Source: Octopus vulgaris
Lineage: Eukaryota
Direction: 5' to 3'
Assembly: GCA_951406725.2 (NCBI GenBank)
Contig: OX597819.1
Coordinates: 123,132,001 to 123,196,000, forward strand
DNA length: 64,000 bases
Below, piece by piece: positions 13,736-26,865 of this stretch. Below the pieces are notes generated by a model. That model was given only the letters and a program-made list of their open reading frames with translations, searched no databases and was not told the origin of the DNA. Position 1 is the stretch's first letter, and the number at the start of each line of letters is the position of its first letter. The position numbers were made by a program, and so were the translations under genes.

Positions 13736-14271
13736 AAAGTAAGTCACAAGGATTTCAACATAGTCTTTCATTAATAAAGAAAATACCGGTCAAGTAATGA
13801 AGTCGATGATATCGACTAACAACCTCTCTTTAAAACTGTATCTTTTACCTGAATTAGAAACTATTACAAGCTTATGAGCAACGTATTATTACAAATCAAG
13901 AGGTTATTAACTTGAAGGACTGAAAAAATGTTTGAACAATAATAAATTCCTCCCACAAACATTATCGCATGTTTAAAAATATTTGGTTCTCGTCACAAGT
14001 TGGTTTATGATCCATTAAGATATTTGATCCATTATTGATCGTCATCGTGACTTTACGATCCATTTGGGTTAATATTCAATGTTTGGTCGTCATCGTGGAT
14101 TTATAATCCATTTAAGAAAAGGTAATTCCCAGTAGTTCTTCTCCCAAGTATCTTATTCATAAACAGTATTTAACTCTAAAGCTTCTTAATGATGGATTAT
14201 ATGAAATTTTGCAAGTTGTAATCGAGGAAGTGAATAGGATTAAAGCTCATCTGATGAAGACACGTATACCT

Positions 14272-14851
14272 AATTCTTTACTACCCACAAGGGGCTAAAC
14301 ACAGAGAGGAGAAACAAGGACAGACAAACGGATTAAGTTGATTATATCGACCCCAGTGCGTAACTGGTACTTATTTAATCGACCTCGAAAGGATGAAGGG
14401 CGAAGTCGACCTCGGCGGAATTTGAACTCAGAACGTAACGGCAGACGAAATACCTGTTTCTTTATTACCCACAAGTGGATAAACATAGAGGGGACAAACA
14501 AGGACAGACAAACGGATTAAGTCGATTACATTGACCCCAGTGCGTAAATGGTACTTATTTAATCGACCCTGAAATGATGAAAGGCAAAGTCGACCTCGGC
14601 ACAATTTGAACTCAGAACGTAAAGGCAAACGAAATACATATTTCTTTATTACCCACAAGGGGCTAAACACAGAGAGGACAAACAACGACAGACAAACGGA
14701 TTTAGTCGATTATATCGACCCCAGTGCGTAACTGGTACTTATTTAATCGATCCCGAAAGGAGGAAAGGCAAAGCTGACCTCAGCGGAATTTGAAAATACT
14801 ACTAAGCATTTCGCCCGGCTAGTTAACGATTCTGCCAGCTCGCCGCCCTGT
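14272..14851 (-). mobile_element. SINE family A trimer with a single 14-bp TSD
   Basis: Three head-to-tail units and one head. AGACACGTATACCT at 14258-14271 and 14852-14865. Confidence 0.9.
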
Positions 14852-15109
14852 AGACACGTATACCTTCGTCAAGCTTTGCCATGGAGCTAAAGTGTGTTTG
14901 GAAAGATTTTAATGGATACTCAGTTTGAGGGCATTAAAAACAAGAGAAAATCATAACCGTCTGAAGACTTGTTATTATTGTTTATGATTCGATTTCGGAA
15001 GCATGAAACGCAAGCATTTCTCAATTTCTAACAAAATTAAATGAAGTAAACTCTAAATGTCTCTGATTAAGGTAAAACTAATAATAAGAACATTTTTTTA
15101 ACAAAATTT

Positions 15110-15317
15110 TATTCTTTTTCTCTTTTACTTGTTTCAGTCATTTGACTGTGGCCATGCTGGAGCACCGCCTTTAGTCGAGCAAATCGACCCCAGGAGTTAT
15201 TCTTTGTAAGCCTAGTAATTATTCTATCGGTCTCTTTTGCCGAACCGCTAAGTGACGGGGACGTAAACACACCAGCATCGGTTGTCAAGCAATGCTAAGG
15301 GGACAAACACAGACACA

Positions 15318-15407
<90 letters not shown>

Positions 15408-15576
15408 TATATACGACAGGCGTCCTTCAGTTTCCGTCTACCAAATCCATTCACAAGTCTTTGCTCGGCCCGAGACTATAGTAGAAGACACTTGTCCAAG
15501 GTCCACGCAGTGGGACTGAACCCGGAACCATGCAATTCGTAAGCAAGCTACTTACCACAGAGCCACTACTGCGCCT
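15110..15576 (-). mobile_element. SINE family B
   Basis: Same head and tail as the 13290 copy, internal (CA)n(TA)n. Confidence 0.85.
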
Positions 15577-16045
15577 GTGTCCTCCAAATTAGTTTACAAA
15601 AACAAGATTTTTGTGGAAATGTCACTCATACTATATTTTTAATGAATACTGATCAAGAATTTTATTAATCTTGAACTTCTGGCATTGAAAAGAAACATGG
15701 AAATTAGATTTAAAGGTCCTTAGGAACCAAACTTATCAGAGTGGGTTTTAAATCCACTTGGGGGTCGATACAAACAAAATTACTCTAGATTTGTATGAAT
15801 ATTAATAGGCTTGCAGAAGGACTTTGAGCGCAGGTGCCGTTTTCAGCTAGAAGCTTATGAATAATTACAGTTATTAGAGTAACAATATTAAAATCGTCGC
15901 CTTCAGAGGGAAATAAAATTATTGTTGTTAGCGTTTTCATCATCATATAATGGTTTGGAAAAGGTTCCGAATTATAGCTAAACTTCTTGAGGCATCATCT
16001 CTTTCTCATTATTCCTTCCTTGCTCTCTCTCTCTCTTTCTCTCGC

Positions 16046-16135
<90 letters not shown>

Positions 16136-16137
<2 letters not shown>

Positions 16138-16310
16138 CGCAGGAGTGGCTGTGTGGTAAGTAGCTTGTTAACCAACCACATGGTTGCGGGTACAGTCCCA
16201 CTGCGTGGCATCTTGGGCAAGTGTCTTCTGCTATAGCCCCGGGCCAACCAATGCCTTGTGAGTGGATTTGATAGACGGAAACTGAAAGAAGCCTGTCGTA
16301 TATATATATG

Positions 16311-16343
<33 letters not shown>

Positions 16344-16540
16344 TTGTGTGTCTGTGTTTGTCCCCCTAGCATTGCTTGACAACCGATGCTGGTGTGTTTA
16401 CGTCCCCGTCACTTAGAGGTTCGGCAAAAGAGACCGATAGAATAAGTACTGGGCTTACAAAGAATAAGTCCCGGGGTCGATTTGATCGACTAAAGGGGGT
16501 GCTCCAGCATGGCCGCAGTCAAATGACTGGAACAAGTGAA

Positions 16541-16542
<2 letters not shown>
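16136..16542 (+). mobile_element. SINE family B inserted in (TA)n
   Basis: GGCGCAGGAGTGGCTGTGTGGTAAG...CATGGCCGCAGTCAAATGACTGGAACAAG. Confidence 0.85.
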
Positions 16543-16586
<44 letters not shown>

Positions 16587-18041
16587 GCGTGTGTGTATGT
16601 ATATATATATATATATATATATACATATGCGTGTGTGTATGTACGTATTATATACAAGTATTATGTATGTACTTATGTATGCGTGCACGCACGCATGTAT
16701 GCATCATGCATGTATATATATATATGTATGTATGCATGTATACATAATATATGTGTGTGATAGTGTGTGTATGTAAGTAATTGTGTGTATTTCAAACATA
16801 TAGAATTACTTCTTTCCTCACCCTTTATACAGACTTCTTTTTTTTCAAAATAGTTCCTTCCACTGAAAGTTCACTTCTTCCAAATTCCGAACACATTTTC
16901 AGTGATAGTGCGCCGTTGTCTTAGTAAATTTTCTTTGGGAAAGCTTTCAAGTAGGATCTAATATCTGTGAACAAATATATACTTAAAAGAAAACGTTTAC
17001 GGAAGTCACGTGCAGATAGTAAAGCAGTTTGATAATGAAAAATGTCTTGAATATTACAGAAGTTGTTTGTCCTGTATCAGACTTCTTTCTTTGCATCGCC
17101 TTTCTCAAACATCGCAGGATATCGACACAAACTCTTTAAAGATCACCTGAGAACGTGAACTGGCCTATAATAAATGACACCCTTCCAATGAAAAAACTAT
17201 CTTCATATTTGGAGGACTGAGATCCTCTCCTTTTATTTTTTTCTTTGGTCGTAATGATTATTATCAAACGCACACTGCTGACTACCTGGTTTCGAGTATT
17301 GCCCAAGTTTTCTCATCTGTTATGATATTTTCAGTAACTGGTCATCAACCTTAAACGAGTCTCTACCTTAATACATGGGATTTAAAAACCAGTCGATTGC
17401 AACTGAGATAATATTGAAACTAGATTCAAAGAAGATTCCTCAGTCCGCCTCAAGCATCTCCTCACTTTCTGCTATTCAATTCTGTCTTTCTTCATGTCTC
17501 ACTTGATTTTGCGATAAAACTTCAAGCTTTTAAATATAATATCGATTTAACTATCACAGACACAACGCTTTACACAAATTACAACTATTTTAGTAAACAT
17601 GGCCGACATCAGTAATAGTAATAGCTTTTAGCGATTTACTTTTCTCAGCGAGGGAATTTCATCCAAAATTGAGACGTTAAAATCACTCATGGCACTGAGT
17701 ACGACTCAATTGATCACCTGTCAAGGGCGATTGAAACACTAAAAATTACTCTAAATTCGTTAGCCGAATTCGAAACAAAATTTCACCTGAAGTCATTGGT
17801 TTATCATTTCTTTCATTTATGACATACAATAAATCAGCAAGAACATAGAATATATATATTCCTTCCAGCCATATTGATCGTTCACTAACCGATGCGACGT
17901 CATGTGACTCTTAGTCATACATGTCATGGGCACCGCCATTGCGATGAAACGGCTGTGGCTCTGCACGCTGTGTTACACACTATGCTTCATTTCAGCATGG
18001 ACCTAATCCTTCTCCTTCTCTCTCTTCCACTCTTATATATA

Positions 18042-18115
<74 letters not shown>

Positions 18116-18134
18116 TATATATATATATATATAT

Positions 18135-18259
18135 ATATGGGGAGAGTTTACGAAAAAAACAAAAGACGAAGACAGGTGGTGTACAAAACAAACAGATGTA
18201 TTAGTATAGCGCTCAGGAATAGAAAAAGTCGTTTACGTTTCGAGCCTACGCTCTTCTAC

Positions 18260-18260
<1 letters not shown>
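18135..18260 (-). mobile_element. Small (TA)n-embedded repeat, same family as 25135-25332, with a variant hammerhead-like core
   Basis: Reverse complement reads TGTAGAAGAGCGTAGGCTCGAAACGTAAA...TACTAATACATCTGTTTGTTTTGTAC. Confidence 0.65.
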
Positions 18261-18292
<32 letters not shown>

Positions 18293-18377
18293 TGTATGTA
18301 TGTATGTATATGTATGTATATATATATATACATATATCTATATTCGCACACACATACACACATATATATTCTATAAA

Positions 18378-18580
18378 TTCTTTTATTTGTTTCAGGCATA
18401 TGACTGCGGCCATATTACAGAACCACCTTTAGTCGAACAAATGGACCCCAGGACTTAATCTTTCTAAGCCTAGTAGTACTTATTCTATCGGTCTCTTTTG
18501 CCGAACCGCTACGTTACGGGGACATAAACACACCGGCATCGGTTGTCAAACGATGGTAAGGGGACAAACACAGACACACA

Positions 18581-18624
<44 letters not shown>

Positions 18625-18671
18625 TATATATGTATATGTATGTAGGTATGTATGTATGTATGTATGTATGT

Positions 18672-18715
<44 letters not shown>

Positions 18716-18733
18716 GTATATATATATATATAC

Positions 18734-18803
<70 letters not shown>

Positions 18804-18975
18804 GTATGTATATATATATATATACACACACGTGTTTCCGTCTACCAAATCCTCCCACAAGGCTTTGGTCGCCCCAAGGTTATATTAGAAGACACTTGCC
18901 CAAGGTACCCCGCAGTGGGGCTGAACCCTGAACCATGCGGTTGGTAAGCAAGCTACTCACCACGCAGCCAGTCCT
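18378..18975 (-). mobile_element. SINE family B with expanded internal microsatellite
   Basis: Tail 18378-18580, about 250 bp of (TA)/(TATG) repeat, head 18835-18975. Confidence 0.85.
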
Positions 18976-19007
18976 CGATGGAGTGCACACGTGAGTGTGT
19001 GTGTGTT

Positions 19008-19073
<66 letters not shown>

Positions 19074-19116
19074 TGTGTGTGTATGTGTGTGTGTAAATAC
19101 ATATATTTATATATTT

Positions 19117-20900
19117 ACATCGATTTTTAAATTATTAACGGCGTAATATCTTTGTATTTTATTTAATAATCATTCGTTAGATTTCAACAGAATGATAGCA
19201 TTTATTTAATGCGCATCGTGTATAAAAAACATGAGACTTCGTAAAGTAACACAGAAATTATGGCCATTTATGAAAATATACGTTAACTTTTACAATTTCA
19301 AATTATTATCGAGGTGTAATTAAAACTCATGTAAACAAGAAAATACCAATTTAATTGCTTGATGTTCATACTGAAATGAACCCATACAGTCCTAAACACG
19401 GAAGAATTAGAAACAAACATTAAACAGCGTTCAAAAACGATTGGTGATCTGGTTAGTAAGGGATGTATGAGCCTTTCTTTGACATAATTTGAGAAAGGCG
19501 CTTTTGAATGGAACATGCAAATTTCTGGATCTCCTCTCATGTTATACGACGTGATACATCCACTTTTGCTAGCCGCAGTTCATCCTTGCTCCTAAATTGG
19601 CGTTCATTCTTGTAAACACTACGATTTAGAATACTCCACTTGTTTTCTATTGGGTTTAAGTCATGGGAACAGGCAGGCCACTTCATCTGAGGTCCACAGA
19701 AATCTAATTGTTGTATATACTCTGTAGATTTTCTTCGCTGAGTGCGAGGGTGCATTATCTTGCACGAATATTATGGTTGTCTTGAAAGTGATACTTTTTT
19801 TTTAACCAAGGTTCAAGGTGCTCCCGCTGAAAGGCTACGTAAGCGTCCGCAGTCATTTTAACACTGCCTAGCACTTTCCAAGGACTAACTATAATACCTC
19901 TAATAATCTTGTCTACTCTATGCACAAGGCCCAACATTTTGGGGCAGGGGGCTAGTCGATTAGACTGACACCAGTACGCAACTGGTACTAAATTTATCGA
20001 TGCCGAAAGGATGAAAGGCAAAGTCGGCCTCGGCGAAATTTGAACTCAGAACGTAAAGAAAGACGAAATATCGCTAAGCATTTCGCCCGGCGCGCTAACG
20101 TTTCTGCCAGTTCACCGCCTTATAATATTTCCAATACGACCTCACCAAATCATGATGCCCTCTCCCTCTTGTTGACTCTCAAGCGTTGATGACAATCTCG
20201 TCCATTTACAACCCATCCCGTGTTCAGGCCACAAAGTCCATCAAGTGTTGCACGAATTTCGTCCGTAAACAAAACTTTTGAAATGTCGACCTTCATGTTT
20301 ACTTCCGTCCATTTCAGACGATTTGTGTGCGTTTTTCAGAAAGGAGGCCTTTTAACTGATGTCACTGGTTTACCAACCTTTTCCAGATGACATGGGGTAG
20401 TTCTGCACAAAGTTGTTTCGCCAATGTATATGAAAAGTTCTCTGCTTTGAAAACCTGATTCTTTACAGCTTCACGCTTAATTCGTGACACAGAACGTTGA
20501 GAAACAGCCCTCGACTGAGCCTCGTTGGCGCACTTAGGAATCTTTGTAGGAGCTGTAACAACATTTTTCGCAGTTTTGTAATAACTTCCAATTATTTTAG
20601 ATATTTTTAATGCTGATTTACCTTTTGTAAGTTTCGAAGTAATAATAGATTTCTCTGAAGCATTTAAGTCACATTTACGACCCTTAATTACAGGGTTATG
20701 AGACAACTTGTTAATAATTTGAAATTTCGAGGAAATCATGCAAATGGCCGCGGTTTGTTTACACTTGCGTAAACGTCACATTTTTTACACACCACGCGTT
20801 TACAAATGATATCATTTTGTGGAAATTTCATTGAATTCCAACGAGTAATTATAAAATAAAATATAAAAATATTGCGTTGTTAATAATTTGAAACGCAGTG
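19117..20900 (-). mobile_element. Decayed Tc1-like (DD34E) transposon with ~80 bp TIRs
   Basis: WPACSHDLNPIENKWSIL motif (19537-19755) and N-terminal GRKCDLNASEKSII (20362-20739). 19117-19195 and about 20825-20900 are inverted repeats. Interrupted by a SINE. Confidence 0.85.
19910..20121 (-). mobile_element. SINE family A (short-tail form) inside Tc1
   Basis: Family A head at 20060-20121, tail ...CCTTGTGCATAGAGTAGA, imperfect TSD TATAATA..TC.AATA. Confidence 0.8.
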
Positions 20901-21438
20901 TGTGTGTTTGTGTGTGTGTGTGTGTATGTATATATATAGAGATAGAGAGATATGTATACATCTCTATGCGTACATACATAAATGCATACAGATACACATA
21001 TGCATGTAGTTTGACGAATGTATTTAGATATTTGTATGCGTTTGTTGCATGTCGAGGTCAAACACCAGACTTCACGAAGTGTACAATCTGTGAGTGATTC
21101 GTTCTAAATTCAGTTCTGAAATAAATATAAATAGAAGCAAAAACAAAAGGGTATTTTGTTTATTTGTACCGCCCATCTAATGAACAAACTAATGAGAGAG
21201 ATGAAGGCCTGTTGTTTGTTTTATATTAATTTCGAATCCAAATCGATTTTTTTTACCAAATCGTTATAGGGCAGAAGATATTTTAACCAAATTTACTGAA
21301 TTGGTAACGAATCGTGTTGCGATATATGTGTATGTTTTTGTGTGTCTATGAATATATACGGGTGTATGTGTATGTGTGTCTGTGTGTATGTATTTGTGTG
21401 TCTGTGTGTACGTATTTGTGTGTCTGTGTGTACGTATT

Positions 21439-21475
<37 letters not shown>

Positions 21476-21616
21476 AGGGATGTATTTGTCGCTGCTTTAT
21501 GCGTGATCGTACATCTGTACGTATGTAGAAATCTATTTCTGTTTCTTTGTATGTTTGTGTGTATAGCAATATACGTGGTTATATCTTTGTCTATGTTGTA
21601 TATATGGTCATGTCAA

Positions 21617-21957
21617 GGCGCAATGGCCCAGTGCTTAAGGCAGCGGACTCGCGGTCTTAGGATCGCGGTTTCGATTCCCAGACCGGACGTTGTGAGTGTT
21701 TATTGAGCGAAAACACCTCAAGCTCCACGAGGCACCGGCAGTGGGTGGTGGCGATCCCTGCTGTACTCTTTCACCACAACTTTCTCTCACTCGTTCTTCC
21801 TGTTTCTGTTGTACCTGTATTTCAAAGGGCCAGCCATGTCACACATCTCCCCGAGAACAACGTCAAAAGTACACGTGTCTGCGGAGTGCTCAGCCACTTG
21901 CACGTTAATTTCACAATCAACTGGAATATGCGTCGTCGTAATCGACGGAGTGCCACC
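21617..21957 (+). mobile_element. tRNA(Arg)-like SINE family C
   Basis: GGCGCAATGGCCCAGTG.TTA.GGCAGCGGACTCGCGGTC...GGTTTCGATTCCC is a tRNA-like head with a TCG anticodon-like loop. Tail CGACGGAGTGCC. Confidence 0.85.
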
Positions 21958-22403
21958 ACATATGATCATAAGTTTGTATGAGTGCTGAGGTTGATTAGCG
22001 TGCGTGTGTATACATATGTATGTTGTATGTAGAGGCTTCATTATGAATCTGCTTGTGTTTATATGTATATTATGGTGTGTAGGTGTTTGTGTATATAAGT
22101 ATGTGTGTTTGTCAAGAGTGTATATCTGATATAATCTGTGTATGCGTGCAAGAGCTTACTTGCTTTTCTGTGCATTTCTGTGAACGCGCGTTTGTGTGTC
22201 AATGTCTGCATGTGTGAGCGTATGAATGGGCACGTGAGCTTGTGTATAAACTCACGTGTGTTCATGTGTGTGTGCATATGATTATCATTTGCAATGCGTG
22301 TGTGTAGATGTGTGAGTTATTCTGAAATTATGTGCGTGCGCATGAGTTTCTATATGTTTGCGGCGTATATGCGTCCGTGCATGTGTGTGTATGAGCTTAT
22401 CTG

Positions 22404-22450
<47 letters not shown>

Positions 22451-22452
22451 GC

Positions 22453-22555
<103 letters not shown>

Positions 22556-22917
22556 TATAGATATATATATATATACATACACATGTATTTGCATGTGTGT
22601 ATATGTTTCTGTGTGCTTTCTTGCGCAAAAGATAAAAACACTGCCGTTTGTCTTTGGAAGTATAAAACTTGGTATTCTTTCGGAAATTCTCGACATTTAT
22701 TTTCATATAAATTTGTCAAATAGATAAATACGCGGCTGTCAACAATGAATTGTGCCTGCAGGTTCCTGCTGTCGTTATAATCATTATCACAGATTAATCA
22801 CAAAGAAGAACATGATGAAAGACATACCGAAACTTTATCGACGACATGAACAAACACAATACTTAAATACACCAGCAAACACAATTTTCATACGTTTCAA
22901 ATAAATCATTATTCATG

Positions 22918-23498
22918 CATGTGTCTTCTGCTATAGCCCCGGGCCGACCAATGCCTTGTGAGTGGATTTGGTACACGGAAACTGAAAGAAGCCTGTCCTT
23001 TATATGTCTATATATATATTTTTTTCTTTACTACCCACAAGGGGCTAAACACAGAGGGGACAAACAAGTACAGACAAACGGATTTAAGTCGATTACATCG
23101 ACCCCAGTGGGTAACTGGTACTTTATTTAATCGACCCCGAAAGGATGAAAGGCAAAGTCGACCTCGGCGGAATTTGAACTCAGGACGTAACGGCAGACGA
23201 AATACGGCTACGCATTTCGCCCGGCGTGCTAACGTTTCTGCCAGCTCGCCGCCTTATATGTATATATATGTATATGTGTGTATGTGTATATGTTTGTGTG
23301 TCTGTGTTTGTCCCCGTAGCATTGCTTGACAACCGATGCTGGTGTGTTTACGTCCCCGTCACTTAGCGGTTCGGCACAAAGAGACCGATAGAATAAGTAC
23401 TGGGCTTACAAAGAATAAGTCCCGGGGTCGATTTGCCCGACTAAAGGCGGTGCTCCAGCATGGCCGCAGTCAAATGACTGAAACAAGTAAAAGAGAGT
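22918..23498 (+). mobile_element. 5'-truncated SINE family B with a family A copy (minus strand, 23020-23255) nested in its internal microsatellite
   Basis: Family B head part 22918-23000, family A insert, family B tail 23290-23498. Confidence 0.85.
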
Positions 23499-23556
23499 AA
23501 ATACATACACACATGCATATCAATCAATCTATCTATCTATCTATCCGTCTATCTGT

Positions 23557-23634
<78 letters not shown>

Positions 23635-23655
23635 ATATTTAATTATTGAGGAATG

Positions 23656-23736
23656 CCATGCTGAGGAGGAAAATGGTTGGTAAAGTATAATTCTATATTC
23701 TTTATACCGATCTAATTCCGAAACGCGCGTCCATGG
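23656..23736 (+). ncRNA. Canonical-core minimal type-I hammerhead ribozyme (GUC site) in a ~270 bp (TA)n-embedded element
   Basis: ccatg-CTGAGGA-ggaa..ggttggta../..taccgatc..ttcc-GAAAC-gcgc-GTC-catgg. Perfect 5-bp stem I, long stem II, palindromic ACGCGCGT stem III. Confidence 0.85.
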
Positions 23737-23905
23737 TTGACCAGATATTGACCGTTGCTTTCCTCTACCTTTGTGGATTGTTTTCAAGTATGTTGGTTTC
23801 TCTGGAATTCCCTTTTTAAAGTAGAAGAAATAGCTAAGGTTTTGGCTGCTATTTCTAAACTTCGGTATGTGGTAAAGCAAATATTTGCTGAACCCTAATT
23901 ATTAA

Positions 23906-23958
<53 letters not shown>

Positions 23959-24009
23959 ACAGAATGAGATAACACAGCCAAGGGCTGTGAGGATATTTAT
24001 AAGGAAATA

Positions 24010-24057
24010 GTCTTACAGCTGTTTCTGGGATATTATGTATATGCCTTCATCAGAGAC
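24010..24057 (-). ncRNA. Minimal type-I hammerhead ribozyme motif
   Basis: Reverse complement gtct-CTGATGA-aggcatat...atatccca-GAAAC-agct-GTA-agac, in a (TA)n-flanked relic at 23957-24260. Confidence 0.75.
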
Positions 24058-24258
24058 GGTGTGAGAAGGTTAAATATGGGAAATATTTGAGTTCGAATTA
24101 TTATGGAAAGGGAGACGATAGGGAATATAGAGAGAAATAAGAGAATTAAAGTAGAAATAAAATATAATATATTGTAGTTGCAGTTCCATTATTCGAGGAA
24201 AATGGTGTGTAGAAGTGGTAAAATAGTTTCCTGAACATTTTATGTAAGTTCCAATAGC

Positions 24259-24325
<67 letters not shown>

Positions 24326-24433
24326 TATCAAATAAAATGAAAAACAGAACACAGAGGATATCGCGGTACACGTGTTTCAAGCTTTATAAACGACCTGTTC
24401 TTACATCAATGTATAATATATATATATAGATAG

Positions 24434-24544
<111 letters not shown>

Positions 24545-25058
24545 GATATAAATATACCCCCACACTCTTGATGTGGATGTTAAAGATTGCGAGATGATAG
24601 AAAATCGATCAGCTGGGGCGGAAGTGATGTATAATGATAGCAAGGCTTTTGGAACACGGAGAATCCACCGCTCCATCTTGAAATGAGGACGTCGTAAATA
24701 GGCATTGACATCAATCCCAGAATTGGTTCTATCGATAAATGCTTGTAAGACCTCTAGTAGAGTTTGTTTGTCCAAATCGGGACTTGTCAGTCATATGCGA
24801 TCCCATAACAGCAGGTACTAATTGGCGAGATGACCTTCTCTTAGGAATTGTCAGATACCACTGACACACAGACACACACACACAGACGCATGCACACGCA
24901 CACACTCACACACGTTTGTGTTTGTGTATATATATGCAATGTGGGATGCTCCTGAACCAGTTGTTAAGTATCACGCCCGTGAATGATCGATGCTACGAAA
25001 CAATTGTTGTGATTAATAGAAATCCACGTATCTTCTATCTTTCATTTATCTTATATAC

Positions 25059-25131
<73 letters not shown>

Positions 25132-25204
25132 TAGATAGATATGAGTCGCCATGTTATATCGTTAGACACTACAAACATTTTTTTCTCTCCTTGTTTCTTT
25201 GTGT

Positions 25205-25243
25205 TCCTTTCTGTAGAAGAGCGTAGGCTCGAAATGTAAAGGA
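25205..25243 (+). ncRNA. Ultra-minimal hammerhead-like motif with variant core
   Basis: tcctt-t-CTGTAGA-a-gagc-gtag-gctc-GAAA-t-GTA-aagga. Confidence 0.45.
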
Positions 25244-25739
25244 CTTATTCTATTACTGAGCGTTATACTAATACATCTGTTTGTTTTGTACCCCGCCTGT
25301 CTTCGTCTTTTTTTTTTTCGTCAACTCTCCCTATATATATATATATATATATGAAATTACCTCATTGCACTAGGCACACGTATAAAAATCTTTACTTTTT
25401 TTATTTTTGTAGTTATTGTTGCTGGCTCTGCTGTTGTTATCCTGTTTTCTTCTTGTTTTGACCCATATTAAATTCTGATTGAACAGTCCAATGAACGAAA
25501 TCATTCAGTGTATAACTAGTTTCAGAATAAATAACTTCAAAACAAAAAGCAAAAAGCAAAGACTGCAAACCTCATAAATATTTGCATCTCTTAGATTTTA
25601 TCTTGAAAATATATCCAGAAAATATCAGAATATTTGAGACCATTAATACTAAAATAAATATTGCATAATAAGATTGCTTTTTAAATTCCCGTTTCAGATT
25701 CTACTAATACAAATATGACTACTCTACATATACGCCTCA

Positions 25740-25786
<47 letters not shown>

Positions 25787-25792
<6 letters not shown>

Positions 25793-26199
25793 TTAATAAG
25801 GGTGAGAGAATTAGATACTAATTTAATAGTATATTTATTCCACACCAAGTGGCCTAGTGCTACGAGAAACCTGGATTATTATAATATTTTATAACATATT
25901 ATAATATTTTCACAAAATAAATATAAGAGAGTGGTCACTATATTGATCACTCTAGCACCAGTTAATCCAAAAGGTTTCAACCACGAAAATACATGTTTCC
26001 CATGAAAGCCAGTACGACTGTTAGCTCACACGGACAGGGCAAATAAAAAATAACAAAAATACAGATTATTTTGGGACAATTGTTTCGCTATTAATGAATT
26101 AAATGTAATATATTAAATGTAATGTATTAAATGTATTAAATTATACATTAAAGACATTATACCCACCAACTTGGTGTTGAGCACGCATTGACATCGTTC

Positions 26200-26255
<56 letters not shown>

Positions 26256-26865
26256 GAACGATGTCAATGCGTGTTCAACACCAAGTTGGTGGGTATAATG
26301 TCTTTATTTGTGAATTAACACTACACGCTAATACTGTTCTCTCTCTATCACCCTTATTATCCCCATTCCTACTTCCAAATTATCTCGACTGACCACTAAC
26401 TATTACACTTTCCCTTACTATATCTTCTTTGTTTTTCCTTCTTTCTTTCTTTCTTTATTCCTCTCTTCCTGTTTTCGATTTGACCTTGCTAATATATTCC
26501 CTACTTTTAGGTCACTTTAAATAAAACCCTTGATTCAATAAAACTGTATACTTGGAATGACCAATTTTAAATACTACCGGATTTTACTCATAAGGTATTG
26601 GAACCTAATATGTATACCATTCCGCCAAAATAATGGGTCTACATATACAATATCCCTGCATATCTCACATCTATTTTCATTCCTCCACCTCACTCTCTGT
26701 TTCGTATCTTATCTAAATTAACAATTGCTTAACCCTCTTCTCATACCGTCTCCGATGAAGGGATATAATATATATCCTAGAAACAGCTGTAAGACCTTCT
26801 ATTTATAAATATTCTAAAATCTACACTGCCTTGGTCTTTTTATCTCATTACGAAAACAAAATTAT
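25787..26865. mobile_element. Penelope-like relic(s) joined by a central palindrome (26149-26306) around a (TA)n core
   Basis: Inverted arms of about 55 bp either side of (TA)n. Hammerhead on the right part and a half-motif (reverse complement GAAAC-aatt-GTC) at about 26073-26086. Confidence 0.6.
26748..26795 (+). ncRNA. Minimal hammerhead motif, same family as 24010-24057 (U4C core variant)
   Basis: gtct-CCGATGA-agggatata...tatatccta-GAAAC-agct-GTA-agac. Confidence 0.65.

Noticed and set aside
14244-14271. CTGATGA hammerhead or box-like motif
   Set aside because: No matching stem II, GAAA or GUH partner, even after removing the SINE insertion.
14272-14851. Regularly spaced repeats suggestive of a CRISPR array
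   Set aside because: Units are ~175 bp SINE bodies without unique spacers. Eukaryotic context and no cas genes.
16790-18010. Possible very old mariner element
   Set aside because: Only vague terminal similarity (GGACCTAAT). No transposase motif could be read.
21617-21690. Possible tRNA-Arg gene
   Set aside because: The tRNA-like head continues into a multicopy SINE body and the acceptor stem is not intact.
24560-24860. ORF 24401-24775 as a possible GIY-YIG or other mobile-element remnant
   Set aside because: Similarity is too weak to support, and half of the ORF is microsatellite.
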